From the NCBI GenBank assembly GCA_018825385.1, contig JAHJEX010000074.1:997-64996 (forward strand): a stretch of 64,000 nucleotides of DNA. The letters are read 5' to 3'. A program made the position numbers and the translations under genes. Of this stretch, positions 37,077 through 46,597 are shown in pieces. Under the pieces are notes generated by a model. It saw nothing but the letters and a program-made list of their open reading frames with translations. It was not told where the DNA came from and did no database searches. This DNA is from Patescibacteria group bacterium (GTDB lineage Bacteria > Patescibacteriota > Patescibacteriia > UM-FILTER-42-10). The first letter of the stretch is position 1; the number at the start of each line of letters is the position of its first letter.

Positions 37077-38039
37077 GAATCGGTTAATCATGCTTTCCAC
37101 TTCGAGTGCATTCTGCGCCTTCATTAATTCAATGCGCAGTTTTTTTGAATCAGTAAAGTCCGATACATAGGATGAATAGAACTTTCTAATATTGTAGAAA
37201 TTTTTTATCCCTTTGAATGTTTTTTCAAAAAGATGAGAATGCCTAATCAGAAGTTGAAGGCGATCATTATATGTTATCTGATCCGCGCTTTTTCCTGAGA
37301 AAAACCACGGATCATTCATAGCCGCTCTGCCAATCATAACACCATCAACACCAAATTCCTGTGCTTTATCCTTGGCATCCTGAATGCTTTTAACGTCGCC
37401 ATTGCCGATAAAAATCGTTTTCGGACTACTTGCTTTAACAATAGCACCGATACTTTTGATTATATCCCAGTGAGCAGGCACTTTTGACTTCTCTTTTTGC
37501 GTTCTTCCATGGATTATTAATGCTGCCGGTTTCATTTCTAATATCTTTGGAATCCACGACTTAGAAACATCCTTATTGTAACCAATTCTGGTCTTTACTG
37601 AAACAGCCATTTCACCAGCTCCATCTACAGTCGCAGTTATGATTTCCTTAGCTAATAACGGAGTCTTTATGAGGGCTGCGCCGGCACCTTGTTTTTCAAT
37701 TGCTTTGAACGGGCACCCCATATTAATATCAATACCATCAAATCCAAGTTTTTCTATTAGCTTAGCGCTTTTGTAGAAATTAGCAGGGTTGCTTCCAAAA
37801 ACCTGGGCAACAATCGGTTTCTCATTTTCATGGAATTTCAAATCATAGAGCAAACGCTTCCTGCCTGCAGAACACATTCCATCAGCTGAAACAAATTCAG
37901 TAAACATAACATCTGGACCACCACATTGTATTACCATTTGTCTATATGGAAAATCAGTTACGTCATCCATTGGTGCCATTACAAAAAATGGTCTTTTTAA
38001 GCTTTTCCAAAAGTTTCTAGTATTCTTACTATTTCGCAT
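37065..38039 (-). CDS. dus: tRNA-dihydrouridine synthase
   Basis: APMDDVTD, TEFVS, DINMGCP, SVKTRIG, HGRT, GNGDV and MIGRA motifs. ATG at 38039 lies 6 nt after a TATAAT box. Confidence 0.93.
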   Translation of the reverse strand: MRNSKNTRNFWKSLKRPFFVMAPMDDVTDFPYRQMVIQCGGPDVMFTEFVSADGMCSAGRKRLLYDLKFHENEKPIVAQVFGSNPANFYKSAKLIEKLGFDGIDINMGCPFKAIEKQGAGAALIKTPLLAKEIITATVDGAGEMAVSVKTRIGYNKDVSKSWIPKILEMKPAALIIHGRTQKEKSKVPAHWDIIKSIGAIVKASSPKTIFIGNGDVKSIQDAKDKAQEFGVDGVMIGRAAMNDPWFFSGKSADQITYNDRLQLLIRHSHLFEKTFKGIKNFYNIRKFYSSYVSDFTDSKKLRIELMKAQNALEVESMINRFLKQ

Positions 38040-38063
38040 ATATTGATTATAGCAGATCAAAAT

Positions 38064-38090
38064 AAAAAGGGAGCATTTAGAATCCTCCCT
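38064..38090 (-). terminator. Rho-independent terminator overlapping the end of the 105-aa orphan
   Basis: Minus strand AGGGAG-gattctaaatg-CTCCCT followed by TTTT. Confidence 0.55.
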
Positions 38091-38394
38091 TCTTCGCAAG
38101 TAGAACTAGGCGGGGAAAAATGCTCCAAGTGTCAGGCTCTTCGGGCTCTGACTTGTCTTCAAGTTGTTCGGAATCCGGATGATCTTTCGCAGCATCTTCT
38201 TCAGCCATCTTCCGTGTCAGAAAGAATTCTGAGTGTAGAGTGTGATGCTCTGTACATAGCATACGAATTTCGAAGACACATAGGTATTTTCCCAGTTCCG
38301 TTGCTATTACCTCAACCACTCGGTCCTCTGATAAATATTCGAAGAGGTCCAGAATGTCCAAACAACCTAGACGTTTCGGCTTTTTTTTAGCCAT
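38077..38394 (-). CDS. Hypothetical 105-aa acidic protein
   Basis: Strong SD AGGAGGTGA before the ATG, upstream TTGACA (38453-38458) and a downstream terminator. Confidence 0.6.
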   Translation of the reverse strand: MAKKKPKRLGCLDILDLFEYLSEDRVVEVIATELGKYLCVFEIRMLCTEHHTLHSEFFLTRKMAEEDAAKDHPDSEQLEDKSEPEEPDTWSIFPRLVLLAKKGGF

Positions 38395-38478
38395 GTCTCA
38401 CCTCCTAAAATGTGCAAACGTGACTATATAAACTACTATAGTAATTCAATTTTGTCAATACTAGCTACATTTAGGTAT

Positions 38479-38508
38479 AAAAAAAGCCAGGCTGGTTAAA
38501 ACCCTGGC
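38479..38508 (-). terminator. Rho-independent terminator of the ncRNA candidate
   Basis: Minus strand GCCAGG-gttttaaccag-CCTGGC-TTTTTTT. Confidence 0.65.
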
Positions 38509-38630
38509 GTATAGTGAGAGGGGATCCGCCCGAATGTCCGTAGCGGTGCCAGGCGGCTGTTCTCTTGCCCGAATTTATGCTCGAAACCTCGAGTGTATCC
38601 CCTCAAAATGTACGGAATAAAGAACCTAAG
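38479..38630 (-). ncRNA. Candidate stand-alone structured ncRNA (about 150 nt), family unknown
   Basis: GC-rich island bounded by a TTGACA-17-TATTTT promoter (38637-38665) and a GCCAGG/CCTGGC-U7 terminator; closing helix GAGGGGAT/ATCCCCTC with internal hairpins. Confidence 0.5.
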
Positions 38631-38749
38631 GATAATAAAATATCATATATGCAGATCCTTGTCAAGTCCTAAGCTGAAAATTGGTTACTCAACATAATAT
38701 TCAATTAAGTGTATAATAACACCATAATTTAGAAATAAATGTATATCAT

Positions 38750-41533
38750 ATGAACAGATCACAGAGAGTAATTTTAGCAACTGTAGCTGCGATATTTGTT
38801 ATCGCTGTTTTACTTACTGGTGCAGTTAGCACTGTTACTGACTGGTTATGGTTTAGCGAGATTGGCCATCAGCAGTTATTCATCACCCCGCTTGTCGCAA
38901 AACTCTCAATGGGATTTGGTGTCGCTATTGTAGCTTTCATATTATTAATGACAATTTTCTCACTAGCCAGAAAATTTTCACCATCCTCCAAATCTTTTAA
39001 TGTTCGAATCAACACTTCGCAAGGTCCAAAAATGAAAGTGGTAGACGCGGGTCCAATTATTCGACGAATTACTGCTCCCATAGTGGCTATTCTTTCAGTT
39101 ATCACTGGAATTATAGCAGCGACAAATTGGGAAACAGTGCTTCTTTATTTTAACAGTACTTCTTTTAATTCTGTTGACCCACTATTTCAGAAGGATATTT
39201 CCTACTATTTTTTCTCTCTTCCCTTTATTGAACTGATATTGAACTTCTCTGTAGGGATCGTACTTGTTGGAATTATCGGATCATTTGTCATTTATCTTTC
39301 ATTGGGAGTGGTGCAGCTGAGAGGAGGGTTGCGCAATTTATTTAGAACTACTGGCCCAAGTATTGTACATGCGGCAAAAAGATTTATTTCTATTCTTTTG
39401 GCAATTTTATTCTTCATCATTGCTGCCAAAACATACTTCATAGAAATGCCGTCTTTGCTTTACAGCACGACTGGATCATTCTTAGGCGCTGGTTATACTG
39501 ATATTCACATTACAGTCCCCATATTGCAAATTTCAGCTATTGTAGCGCTTCTGGTAGGACTACTGCTACTCATACATGCGTTCAAAAGTGTGACAAGAAT
39601 GGTCACATCAGGCATTACTATTTATTTATTAATAGTGATTGTAGGCGGTTGGGCAATTCCTGGAATTGTGCAAAGATTTATTGTTCTTCCAAACGAACTT
39701 GTAAAAGAAACGCCATATATCGAACACAATATAGCTGCAACTCAGAAAGCGTATGGAATTGATAAGGTTGAGAAAAGAGATCTGACGGGGGAAACTACTT
39801 TAACAAATGAAGATATACAAAACAATCAACTAACTATTCAAAACATTCGGCTATGGGACCGTGAACCGTTGTTGGACACATTCAGTCAGTTGCAGGAAAT
39901 ACGAACGTATTATGATTTTGTTTCAGTAGATAATGATCGATACATTATCGACGGAAATTTGCGACAAATTTTGTTGTCTGTGCGCGAGTTAAATGCTGCT
40001 AATCTCCCCCAGAGGAACTTTATCAATGAGCATTTAACATTTACACACGGGTACGGTTTAACAGTTAGTCCGGTAAATGAAGTTACTCCCGAGGGTTTAC
40101 CCGTGCTATTTGTAAAAGACCTGCCTCCAGAATCCTCACTGGCTGAACTGAAAATTGAAACGCCAGAAATTTACTATGGTGAGTTGGCAAATGACTACGT
40201 AATTGTAAACTCAGACGCGAACGAATTCGACTACCCTTCTGGTGAGGAAAATGTATATTCGAATTACACAGGCAACGGGGGGGTTGAAATGTCATCTATG
40301 CTAAATAAATTACTATTTGCACTAAGATTCAAGTCAACAAAGTTGTTTTTGTCTGATGATATTAACAACGAATCTCGTCTGATGATGTATCGTGATATAG
40401 ATCAGCGCGTTAGAAAAGTAGCTCCATTTTTAAAGTTTGATTTAGATCCATATTTGATTATTTCTGAAAGTGGAAATTTGGTTTGGATGTATGATGCATA
40501 TACAACAAGTGACAGATATCCGTATGCAGAGAGAGTTTCAGACCAACGCCTAAAAGACTACACTACTGATGAAACGCCGTTTGCAGACTCAAAGCTGAAT
40601 TACATAAGAAACTCCGTAAAGATCACAATTGATGCTTATACAGGAAAAATGCAGCTTTATGTTTCAGACCCTAACGATCCTATAATTCAGACATATCAGA
40701 AAGTGTTCCCAGAAACTTTCAAGTCGCTTAATGAGATGCCACAAGATCTAAGAGACCATATTCGATATCCAGAGGATTTATTTGTCTTCCAAACAAATTT
40801 ATATTCTGTTTACCACATGGATGACCCGCAGATTTTCTATAATAAAGAAGATCAATGGCAAATCCCCATTAAGCCAGGAAAGGATACTTCTGATCCAATG
40901 ATGCGTCATATGATTATGAAGCTGCCGGAAGAAGAAAAAGAAGAGTTTATACTAATGTTGCCGTTTACACCAAGGGGCAAGGACAATCTGGCTGCGTGGA
41001 TGGTTGTTAGAAATGACAATGAGCATTACGGACAGATAGTTGTGTATAGATTTCCAAAACAGAAACTTGTATTTGGACCTCAGCAGATTATGAACAGAAT
41101 TAATCAGGACCCCGATATTTCAAGACAGATTTCGCTTTGGGACCAAAGAGGATCGCAGGTTGTAGCGGGAAATTTGCTGGTAATTCCTATTGAAGGGTCT
41201 CTGATCTATGTTCAACCAATATATATTCGTGCAGAAGGTGGAAGGATTCCTGAGCTTAAACGCGTAATTGTTGCATATGAAAACAGAATTGCAATGGAAA
41301 CAACATTGGAACAAGCATTAGCAAGATTGTTTGGTGAAATTGACGAAAACTCAGACCAAACAATTACCGCACCGACTGTTGACACCCAGGAATCTGATGA
41401 AAACCTTCTACAGCAGGCAACAGATCTATACAACTCTGCACTGGAAGCTCAAAGGGGCGGTGATTGGACGACATACGGTACGAAAATTGATCAACTCGGA
41501 AGCGTACTTAATAAACTACTACTAGAACAATAA
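38750..41533 (+). CDS. UPF0182 family membrane protein
   Basis: DWLWF, DPLF.KDISYYFF.LP, GAGYTD, NIRLWD, YYDF..VD.DRY, THGYG, NYIRNSVK and IPELKRV motifs. Confidence 0.95.
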   Translation: MNRSQRVILATVAAIFVIAVLLTGAVSTVTDWLWFSEIGHQQLFITPLVAKLSMGFGVAIVAFILLMTIFSLARKFSPSSKSFNVRINTSQGPKMKVVDAGPIIRRITAPIVAILSVITGIIAATNWETVLLYFNSTSFNSVDPLFQKDISYYFFSLPFIELILNFSVGIVLVGIIGSFVIYLSLGVVQLRGGLRNLFRTTGPSIVHAAKRFISILLAILFFIIAAKTYFIEMPSLLYSTTGSFLGAGYTDIHITVPILQISAIVALLVGLLLLIHAFKSVTRMVTSGITIYLLIVIVGGWAIPGIVQRFIVLPNELVKETPYIEHNIAATQKAYGIDKVEKRDLTGETTLTNEDIQNNQLTIQNIRLWDREPLLDTFSQLQEIRTYYDFVSVDNDRYIIDGNLRQILLSVRELNAANLPQRNFINEHLTFTHGYGLTVSPVNEVTPEGLPVLFVKDLPPESSLAELKIETPEIYYGELANDYVIVNSDANEFDYPSGEENVYSNYTGNGGVEMSSMLNKLLFALRFKSTKLFLSDDINNESRLMMYRDIDQRVRKVAPFLKFDLDPYLIISESGNLVWMYDAYTTSDRYPYAERVSDQRLKDYTTDETPFADSKLNYIRNSVKITIDAYTGKMQLYVSDPNDPIIQTYQKVFPETFKSLNEMPQDLRDHIRYPEDLFVFQTNLYSVYHMDDPQIFYNKEDQWQIPIKPGKDTSDPMMRHMIMKLPEEEKEEFILMLPFTPRGKDNLAAWMVVRNDNEHYGQIVVYRFPKQKLVFGPQQIMNRINQDPDISRQISLWDQRGSQVVAGNLLVIPIEGSLIYVQPIYIRAEGGRIPELKRVIVAYENRIAMETTLEQALARLFGEIDENSDQTITAPTVDTQESDENLLQQATDLYNSALEAQRGGDWTTYGTKIDQLGSVLNKLLLEQ

Positions 41534-41534
41534 A

Positions 41535-42371
41535 GTGACGCAATATTACAATCCTCATCGTACAAAATACTTATTTGATCCTAAATCCAAAACCCCATTT
41601 AATCTGAGCCGGTCTAAAATTGATTTGTTTATAGCATGCCCTAGATGTTTCTATTTGGATAGACGGTTGGGCGTCGGAAGGCCACCCGGATTTCCGTTCA
41701 ATCTGAACTCCGCAGTAGATACTTTGCTGAAAAAGGAATTCGATATACATCGTGCTAAAGGCACTCCGCATCCATTTATGAAATCGTATGGAATTGATGC
41801 CATCCCGTTTGCTCATCAGGATATTGACCATTGGCGAAATGCATTGAGAGGGGGAGTAGCTTACTTACATAAATCAACAAATTTCATGGTGAAGGGTGCT
41901 ATTGATGATCTCTGGATTAATACTAAAGAAGAGTTGCTAGTTGTTGACTACAAGGCAACCTCAAAAGAGGGAGAAATTTCGATTGATGCTGAATGGCAGG
42001 AGAGTTATAAGCGCCAAATGGAAATTTATCAGTGGCTTTTGAGAAGAAATGGATTTAGTGTCTCTGATACTGGCTATTTTGTATATTGCAATGGCAAGAC
42101 TGATAAACAAGCTTTTGATCAAAAACTTGAGTTTGAGGTTTTTCTTTTGCCATATACAGGTAATGATTCCTGGGTAGAAACCGCAATTACAGAAGCACAT
42201 CAGTGCCTATCAACCAATGTACTACCCGAAGCAAATATGGATTGCGACTATTGTCGATATCGTGATGCAGTCATTAAGGTTACACCAAGGACTAATAAGA
42301 AAAGAATTACGCAAACTAAGAATAAAACCGCCAGGAAAAAGCCAACGTCAAAGAATGCAACATTATTTTAG
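41535..42371 (+). CDS. PD-(D/E)XK nuclease (RecB/Cas4-like, solo)
   Basis: LSRSKI...CPRCF, GAIDDLW, VVDYKAT, QMEIYQWL and C-terminal CDYC motifs. Confidence 0.85.
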   Translation: MTQYYNPHRTKYLFDPKSKTPFNLSRSKIDLFIACPRCFYLDRRLGVGRPPGFPFNLNSAVDTLLKKEFDIHRAKGTPHPFMKSYGIDAIPFAHQDIDHWRNALRGGVAYLHKSTNFMVKGAIDDLWINTKEELLVVDYKATSKEGEISIDAEWQESYKRQMEIYQWLLRRNGFSVSDTGYFVYCNGKTDKQAFDQKLEFEVFLLPYTGNDSWVETAITEAHQCLSTNVLPEANMDCDYCRYRDAVIKVTPRTNKKRITQTKNKTARKKPTSKNATLF

Positions 42372-42468
42372 AAACAAATAAGTAATTTACTGCAGGTTTA
42401 TAGACCCAAAATTAGAAATATTGTATAATCAAGTAAACACAACTAAGAAAACTAACAATAATATTTAA

Positions 42469-43347
42469 ATGCCAAAATTCGACGAAAATTCCAAACCATT
42501 TCAAAAACAAGTATTTCGTTATACTGCTATTACATTTATAGGCGTTCTATTAATTATAAATCTCGTTGTTTATTTTACAGAAATTGCTACAACGATGAGC
42601 AATACAAAATCTACACTGAAGGAAATCGCAACAAATGTTGCGGTAAATGTTTCAAATGTGACGCATGATGAAATTATTACAAATGACCAACAAGACTCCC
42701 AAGAATATATTGAAATCGAAAGTTATTTTCAAAATATTATAGCGGCAAACCCAATAATTGATGACATATACACCCTTCGGACAACGTCTGATCCAAATGT
42801 AATGACATTTGTAGTCGCTGGCAAAGAAACCTATGATGCAAACGGCGACAATTTTATAGATGACACCGAGATTCGGCCTGAGGTTGGCGAAGAATACGAT
42901 GTTACTGGTTTAGATGATCTTAAAAATGGTTTAATAGCTCCTTCAGTAGATAAAGCTATTACTACTAATAAGTGGGGTCAGTGGCTATCTGGCTACGCAC
43001 CAATAGTGGATGATAAGAAACAAACTGTTGCTATACTTGGCGTTGATCAAGCAGCATCAGATATTGCGGATCAAAGCCAGGGGATATTGTATTCTCTGTT
43101 ATATATGGACATTGTACTCTTGCCATTAATGCTTATGCTTGCTTATTTTATGGCAAGAATTGTCAGCAGACCATTCAGAATCTTGGCTAAAGGAATGCAA
43201 AGGATTTCACACGGTGAATTGGATTATAGGTTACCTATTGGTGAGAGGGGTCCACAGGCAATGTTCGTAAGTTTGTTTAACAACATGTTGGGAATGTTTC
43301 AAAATGCAGAGAAGCATGAGAGAAAACATCACGATCTTAATGAGTAA
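42469..43347 (+). CDS. Membrane sensor protein (TM, extracytoplasmic Cache-like domain, TM, HAMP) without an output domain
   Basis: Two TMs; WGQWLSGYAPI...ILGVD Cache-like end; HAMP segment RPF..L..GM.RI..GELDYRL...FNNM, then stop. Confidence 0.75.
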   Translation: MPKFDENSKPFQKQVFRYTAITFIGVLLIINLVVYFTEIATTMSNTKSTLKEIATNVAVNVSNVTHDEIITNDQQDSQEYIEIESYFQNIIAANPIIDDIYTLRTTSDPNVMTFVVAGKETYDANGDNFIDDTEIRPEVGEEYDVTGLDDLKNGLIAPSVDKAITTNKWGQWLSGYAPIVDDKKQTVAILGVDQAASDIADQSQGILYSLLYMDIVLLPLMLMLAYFMARIVSRPFRILAKGMQRISHGELDYRLPIGERGPQAMFVSLFNNMLGMFQNAEKHERKHHDLNE

Positions 43348-43358
43348 GGAAAACAACC

Positions 43359-44228
43359 ATGAGTGTTATCGATGTTAAAAAACTAAAGAAATACTTCGGG
43401 AAAACAAAAGCGGTGGATGATATATCATTCACTGTAGAAAAGGGGGAAATTTTTGGTTTCTTGGGTCCAAATGGTGCGGGGAAAACAACAACAATTCGCT
43501 GTATGATGGATTTTATCCGGCCAACTGAAGGAACTGTAAATATACTCGGTCTTGATGCACAGAAAGACTCTGTAGAGTTAAAAAAGAAAATCGGCTACCT
43601 TTCTGGTAATCTGCGCCTTTATAATAAGTGGACTGGACGGGAGCACATTGATTTTGTTAGTAAGCTAAATGGCAAAGACGATATTGCCAAAGAAATAATT
43701 GAAAAATTTCATTTCAATCCCGATCAAAAGGTTAAATCACTTTCTTCTGGCAACAAGCAAAAGCTAGGAATAATAATGGCGTTTATGACTAACCCAGAAA
43801 TTTTGATAATGGATGAACCAACAAATGCCCTGGACCCGCTACTTCAAAATACGATGTATGAACTCATAGAGGAATCTGCAAAAAACGGCACAACAGTATT
43901 TATGTCATCCCATAATTTGTCTGAAGTTGATAGAGTATGTCACAAAGTCGGAATTATTAAAGATGGAAAAATGGTCGCGACTGAAAGCATCCGTAATTTG
44001 AAAGAAAAACGTTTGTATACGGTAACAGCATATTTTTCTGATATTTTTGATAAAAATGAATTTGTTATGGAAGGCGTTGGGATAACAAAAGAAATACCAG
44101 GCGGCTTATTATTAACTGCTAAGGGCGATATTAATGAGCTTGTCGCAAAACTCAGCGGTCATAATTTAAAGGATCTCCAAATAGAGCATGCATCATTAGA
44201 AGATATATTTCTTGAGTTTTACGAATAA
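43359..44228 (+). CDS. ABC-2 type exporter ATP-binding protein
   Basis: GPNGAGKTT, LSSGNKQK, MDEPTNALDP and SSH motifs. Confidence 0.95.
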   Translation: MSVIDVKKLKKYFGKTKAVDDISFTVEKGEIFGFLGPNGAGKTTTIRCMMDFIRPTEGTVNILGLDAQKDSVELKKKIGYLSGNLRLYNKWTGREHIDFVSKLNGKDDIAKEIIEKFHFNPDQKVKSLSSGNKQKLGIIMAFMTNPEILIMDEPTNALDPLLQNTMYELIEESAKNGTTVFMSSHNLSEVDRVCHKVGIIKDGKMVATESIRNLKEKRLYTVTAYFSDIFDKNEFVMEGVGITKEIPGGLLLTAKGDINELVAKLSGHNLKDLQIEHASLEDIFLEFYE

Positions 44229-45031
44229 TGTTTACTATACTTTGGCGAACAATTAAAGATAGAAAATACTCTTTGTTGATTTATTGTCTTTCAGCGCTTG
44301 CCTTAATATGGATGTATATTGCGCTATTGCCGGCAATGGAGAGAATGGCAGATAGTATGATAGAGCTGCTAAGTGGATATCCAGATGCATTTGTTAGTAT
44401 GTTTCCAATAAATGCTGAAAGTTTTGCTAATATAGAAAATTTTCTTGCAATTGAGAATTATAGTTTCATGGTTCCGATTTTGATGATCTTTATGCTAACC
44501 GCAATTGCAGGAGTAAGTTTAGCAGGGGAAGTTGAGACGGGAACTGCCGAGATTATTCTGTCGACTCCTATTTCAAGAGTTAAAATATTTTTTGGCAAAT
44601 ACATATACGGAATAATTGCTATTGCATTTTTTTCATTGTGTTCAACGCTTTCAGTAATACCAGTAGCAAAAATTTATGATGTTTCATATATAGCAGCGAA
44701 CTATTTTACTATGTTTGGTATGTGCTTACTATTTGGCTGGATAACATTTAGTCTAGCAATGTTTCTTTCGGCAATTTTTTCTGAGAAAAGTAGAGTGTAT
44801 ATGTTTCTTGGAGGAATATACATAATGATGTATGTAGTGCAGATCGTGTCAACACTCAGTGAACAGTGGTCTGACGTGAAGTACATCTCATTTTTCCACT
44901 ACTATGATTATGAGGCGGCAATTATTAATAACTCAATCGGTGCGTCAAGTATTTGGGTTTTTGGCATATTAGCAATAATATTCACTGTAGCTGGCGCATA
45001 TTGGTATAATAGGCGAGATTTTGCAATATAA
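44228..45031 (+). CDS. ABC-2 type exporter permease
   Basis: Six TMs; AGEVETGT.E..LS.PISR motif. Confidence 0.88.
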   Translation: MFTILWRTIKDRKYSLLIYCLSALALIWMYIALLPAMERMADSMIELLSGYPDAFVSMFPINAESFANIENFLAIENYSFMVPILMIFMLTAIAGVSLAGEVETGTAEIILSTPISRVKIFFGKYIYGIIAIAFFSLCSTLSVIPVAKIYDVSYIAANYFTMFGMCLLFGWITFSLAMFLSAIFSEKSRVYMFLGGIYIMMYVVQIVSTLSEQWSDVKYISFFHYYDYEAAIINNSIGASSIWVFGILAIIFTVAGAYWYNRRDFAI

Positions 45032-45033
45032 GT

Positions 45034-45837
45034 ATGTTTACAATATTCATTTCAATTGTTAAGGATAGAAAAAAAGCACTACTCATTTATTGTCTGACAG
45101 GAATTCTTTTTCTGTGGTTATTCATTGCATTCTTTCCTCTCATGCAGGAGCAAACAGCAAGCGTTGTAGAATTAATGGAGGGTATGCCTGAAGGTTTCAT
45201 GAAAGCTTTTGGTGTTGAGAAGGAAAGTTTTACAACTGTCGAAGGGTTTTTAGCAGCAAAACAGTACAGTGCAACTTGGCCGCTGATGGTAATCTTGTTA
45301 TTAGTTGCTATTGCTGGCACGACAATTGCTGGTGAAATTGAAAAAGGGTCCATTGAAATCACATTAGCTAGGCCAGTATCGAGAGAAAAAATATTTTTTG
45401 GCAGATACATGGCCGGGACAGCCATGCTGCTTGTTTTCACGTTTTTTTCAATTTATTCTGTGCTGCCGCTTTCAGTAATTTATGATGTCGATATCCAGTT
45501 ATCCAGTATTGTTAAACTATCTGTAATTGCTTTTCTATTTGGATTAGCAGTTTTGAGTCTATCTATGTTTATGTCCGCATTGCTATCAGAAAAAAGTAAA
45601 GTGTATATGATAGTTGGCGCACTTTTGATAAGTATGTACATAATGAATACTGTAGCTTTAATTAAAGTCGAGTTAGAGAACATAAGGTATGCATCATTTT
45701 TCAATTATCTAGACACGAACGGTGCATTAATACTAAATGAAATGAGTGCATTATCTATTTGGGTATTTATTGGTTCCGCAATAGCATTTACTTCAGTTGG
45801 AGCTTACATATTTAACAGACGCGATATTGCAGCTTAG
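45034..45837 (+). CDS. ABC-2 type exporter permease (paralog)
   Basis: Six TMs; AGEIEKGS.E..LARPVSR motif; ends in RRD. Confidence 0.88.
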   Translation: MFTIFISIVKDRKKALLIYCLTGILFLWLFIAFFPLMQEQTASVVELMEGMPEGFMKAFGVEKESFTTVEGFLAAKQYSATWPLMVILLLVAIAGTTIAGEIEKGSIEITLARPVSREKIFFGRYMAGTAMLLVFTFFSIYSVLPLSVIYDVDIQLSSIVKLSVIAFLFGLAVLSLSMFMSALLSEKSKVYMIVGALLISMYIMNTVALIKVELENIRYASFFNYLDTNGALILNEMSALSIWVFIGSAIAFTSVGAYIFNRRDIAA

Positions 45838-45853
45838 TTACTAACAAAATAGC

Positions 45854-46594
45854 ATGCGAATTGAACCAAGCGTGGCCACTGTAAATCCTAAACCAGAGAT
45901 TAAGAAAGAGAAAAAGCCGCGAAGAAAAAAGAAAAAATGGGTGAAATGGCTTATTATTTTATTAGTCGTTCTTAGCTTACCGATTTTGTTGCTTGGCGCA
46001 TCTGGGATTTTCAATATCCCAATTCTCTCTCACATATTCGGTGCAAATAGCCCAAAAGACCTGGGAATTGAGGTAAGTGAGCAAGCATTGCAATCAGGTT
46101 TAAAAAAGTTTCCAGTTGAACTGAAGAGTGAGCCGGGAACTTTTACTGGCATAGGTAAAAAAGAATTTGAAGGTAAAGTTGCCATAGATGCTGAATACAC
46201 TTCAGAAGAGATAACATCAGCACTAGATAATTTATTTTCAAATGCTCCTCATGTAAGCAACGTGCAAGTTAAATATATTGAAGGAGGAATGGAGGTATCT
46301 GCATTTGTCAAGACATATTTAAACGCTCCAGTTTACGCAAAAGTTGGTGTAGAAAGAGTTAGTGATAAATCAATTGATATAAATATTGAAAAAATAAAGA
46401 TCGGAATAGTGCCTATTCCGGAAAAATATTATGAAGATGTTGGGAAGGCCGTCGAGGATATTGTGAATGACAGAATGCAGGCGGTGGAAAGCTTTTCTAT
46501 GGATCTGTTAGAGTATCATGATGGCTATTCGTATCTAAAAGGAACATTTCCAAAATCTGTCAAAATGCTACCGGGAGAGGAAGATATATTTTAA
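45854..46594 (+). CDS. Hypothetical single-TM membrane-anchored protein
   Basis: Lys-rich N-terminus, one TM, beta-rich external domain. Confidence 0.7.
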   Translation: MRIEPSVATVNPKPEIKKEKKPRRKKKKWVKWLIILLVVLSLPILLLGASGIFNIPILSHIFGANSPKDLGIEVSEQALQSGLKKFPVELKSEPGTFTGIGKKEFEGKVAIDAEYTSEEITSALDNLFSNAPHVSNVQVKYIEGGMEVSAFVKTYLNAPVYAKVGVERVSDKSIDINIEKIKIGIVPIPEKYYEDVGKAVEDIVNDRMQAVESFSMDLLEYHDGYSYLKGTFPKSVKMLPGEEDIF

Positions 46595-46597
46595 AAT

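Noticed and set aside
38510-38610. tRNA or SRP RNA interpretation of the GC-rich element
   Set aside because: It lacks a canonical T-arm (GTTCRA in a 5-bp stem), D-arm spacing and CCA end, and lacks the SRP helix-8 GNRA/AGCAG motif. It is kept as an unknown ncRNA candidate.
41535-42470. CRISPR-Cas locus suggested by the Cas4-like nuclease
   Set aside because: No cas1/cas2 or effector genes and no repeat-spacer array were seen anywhere in the window.
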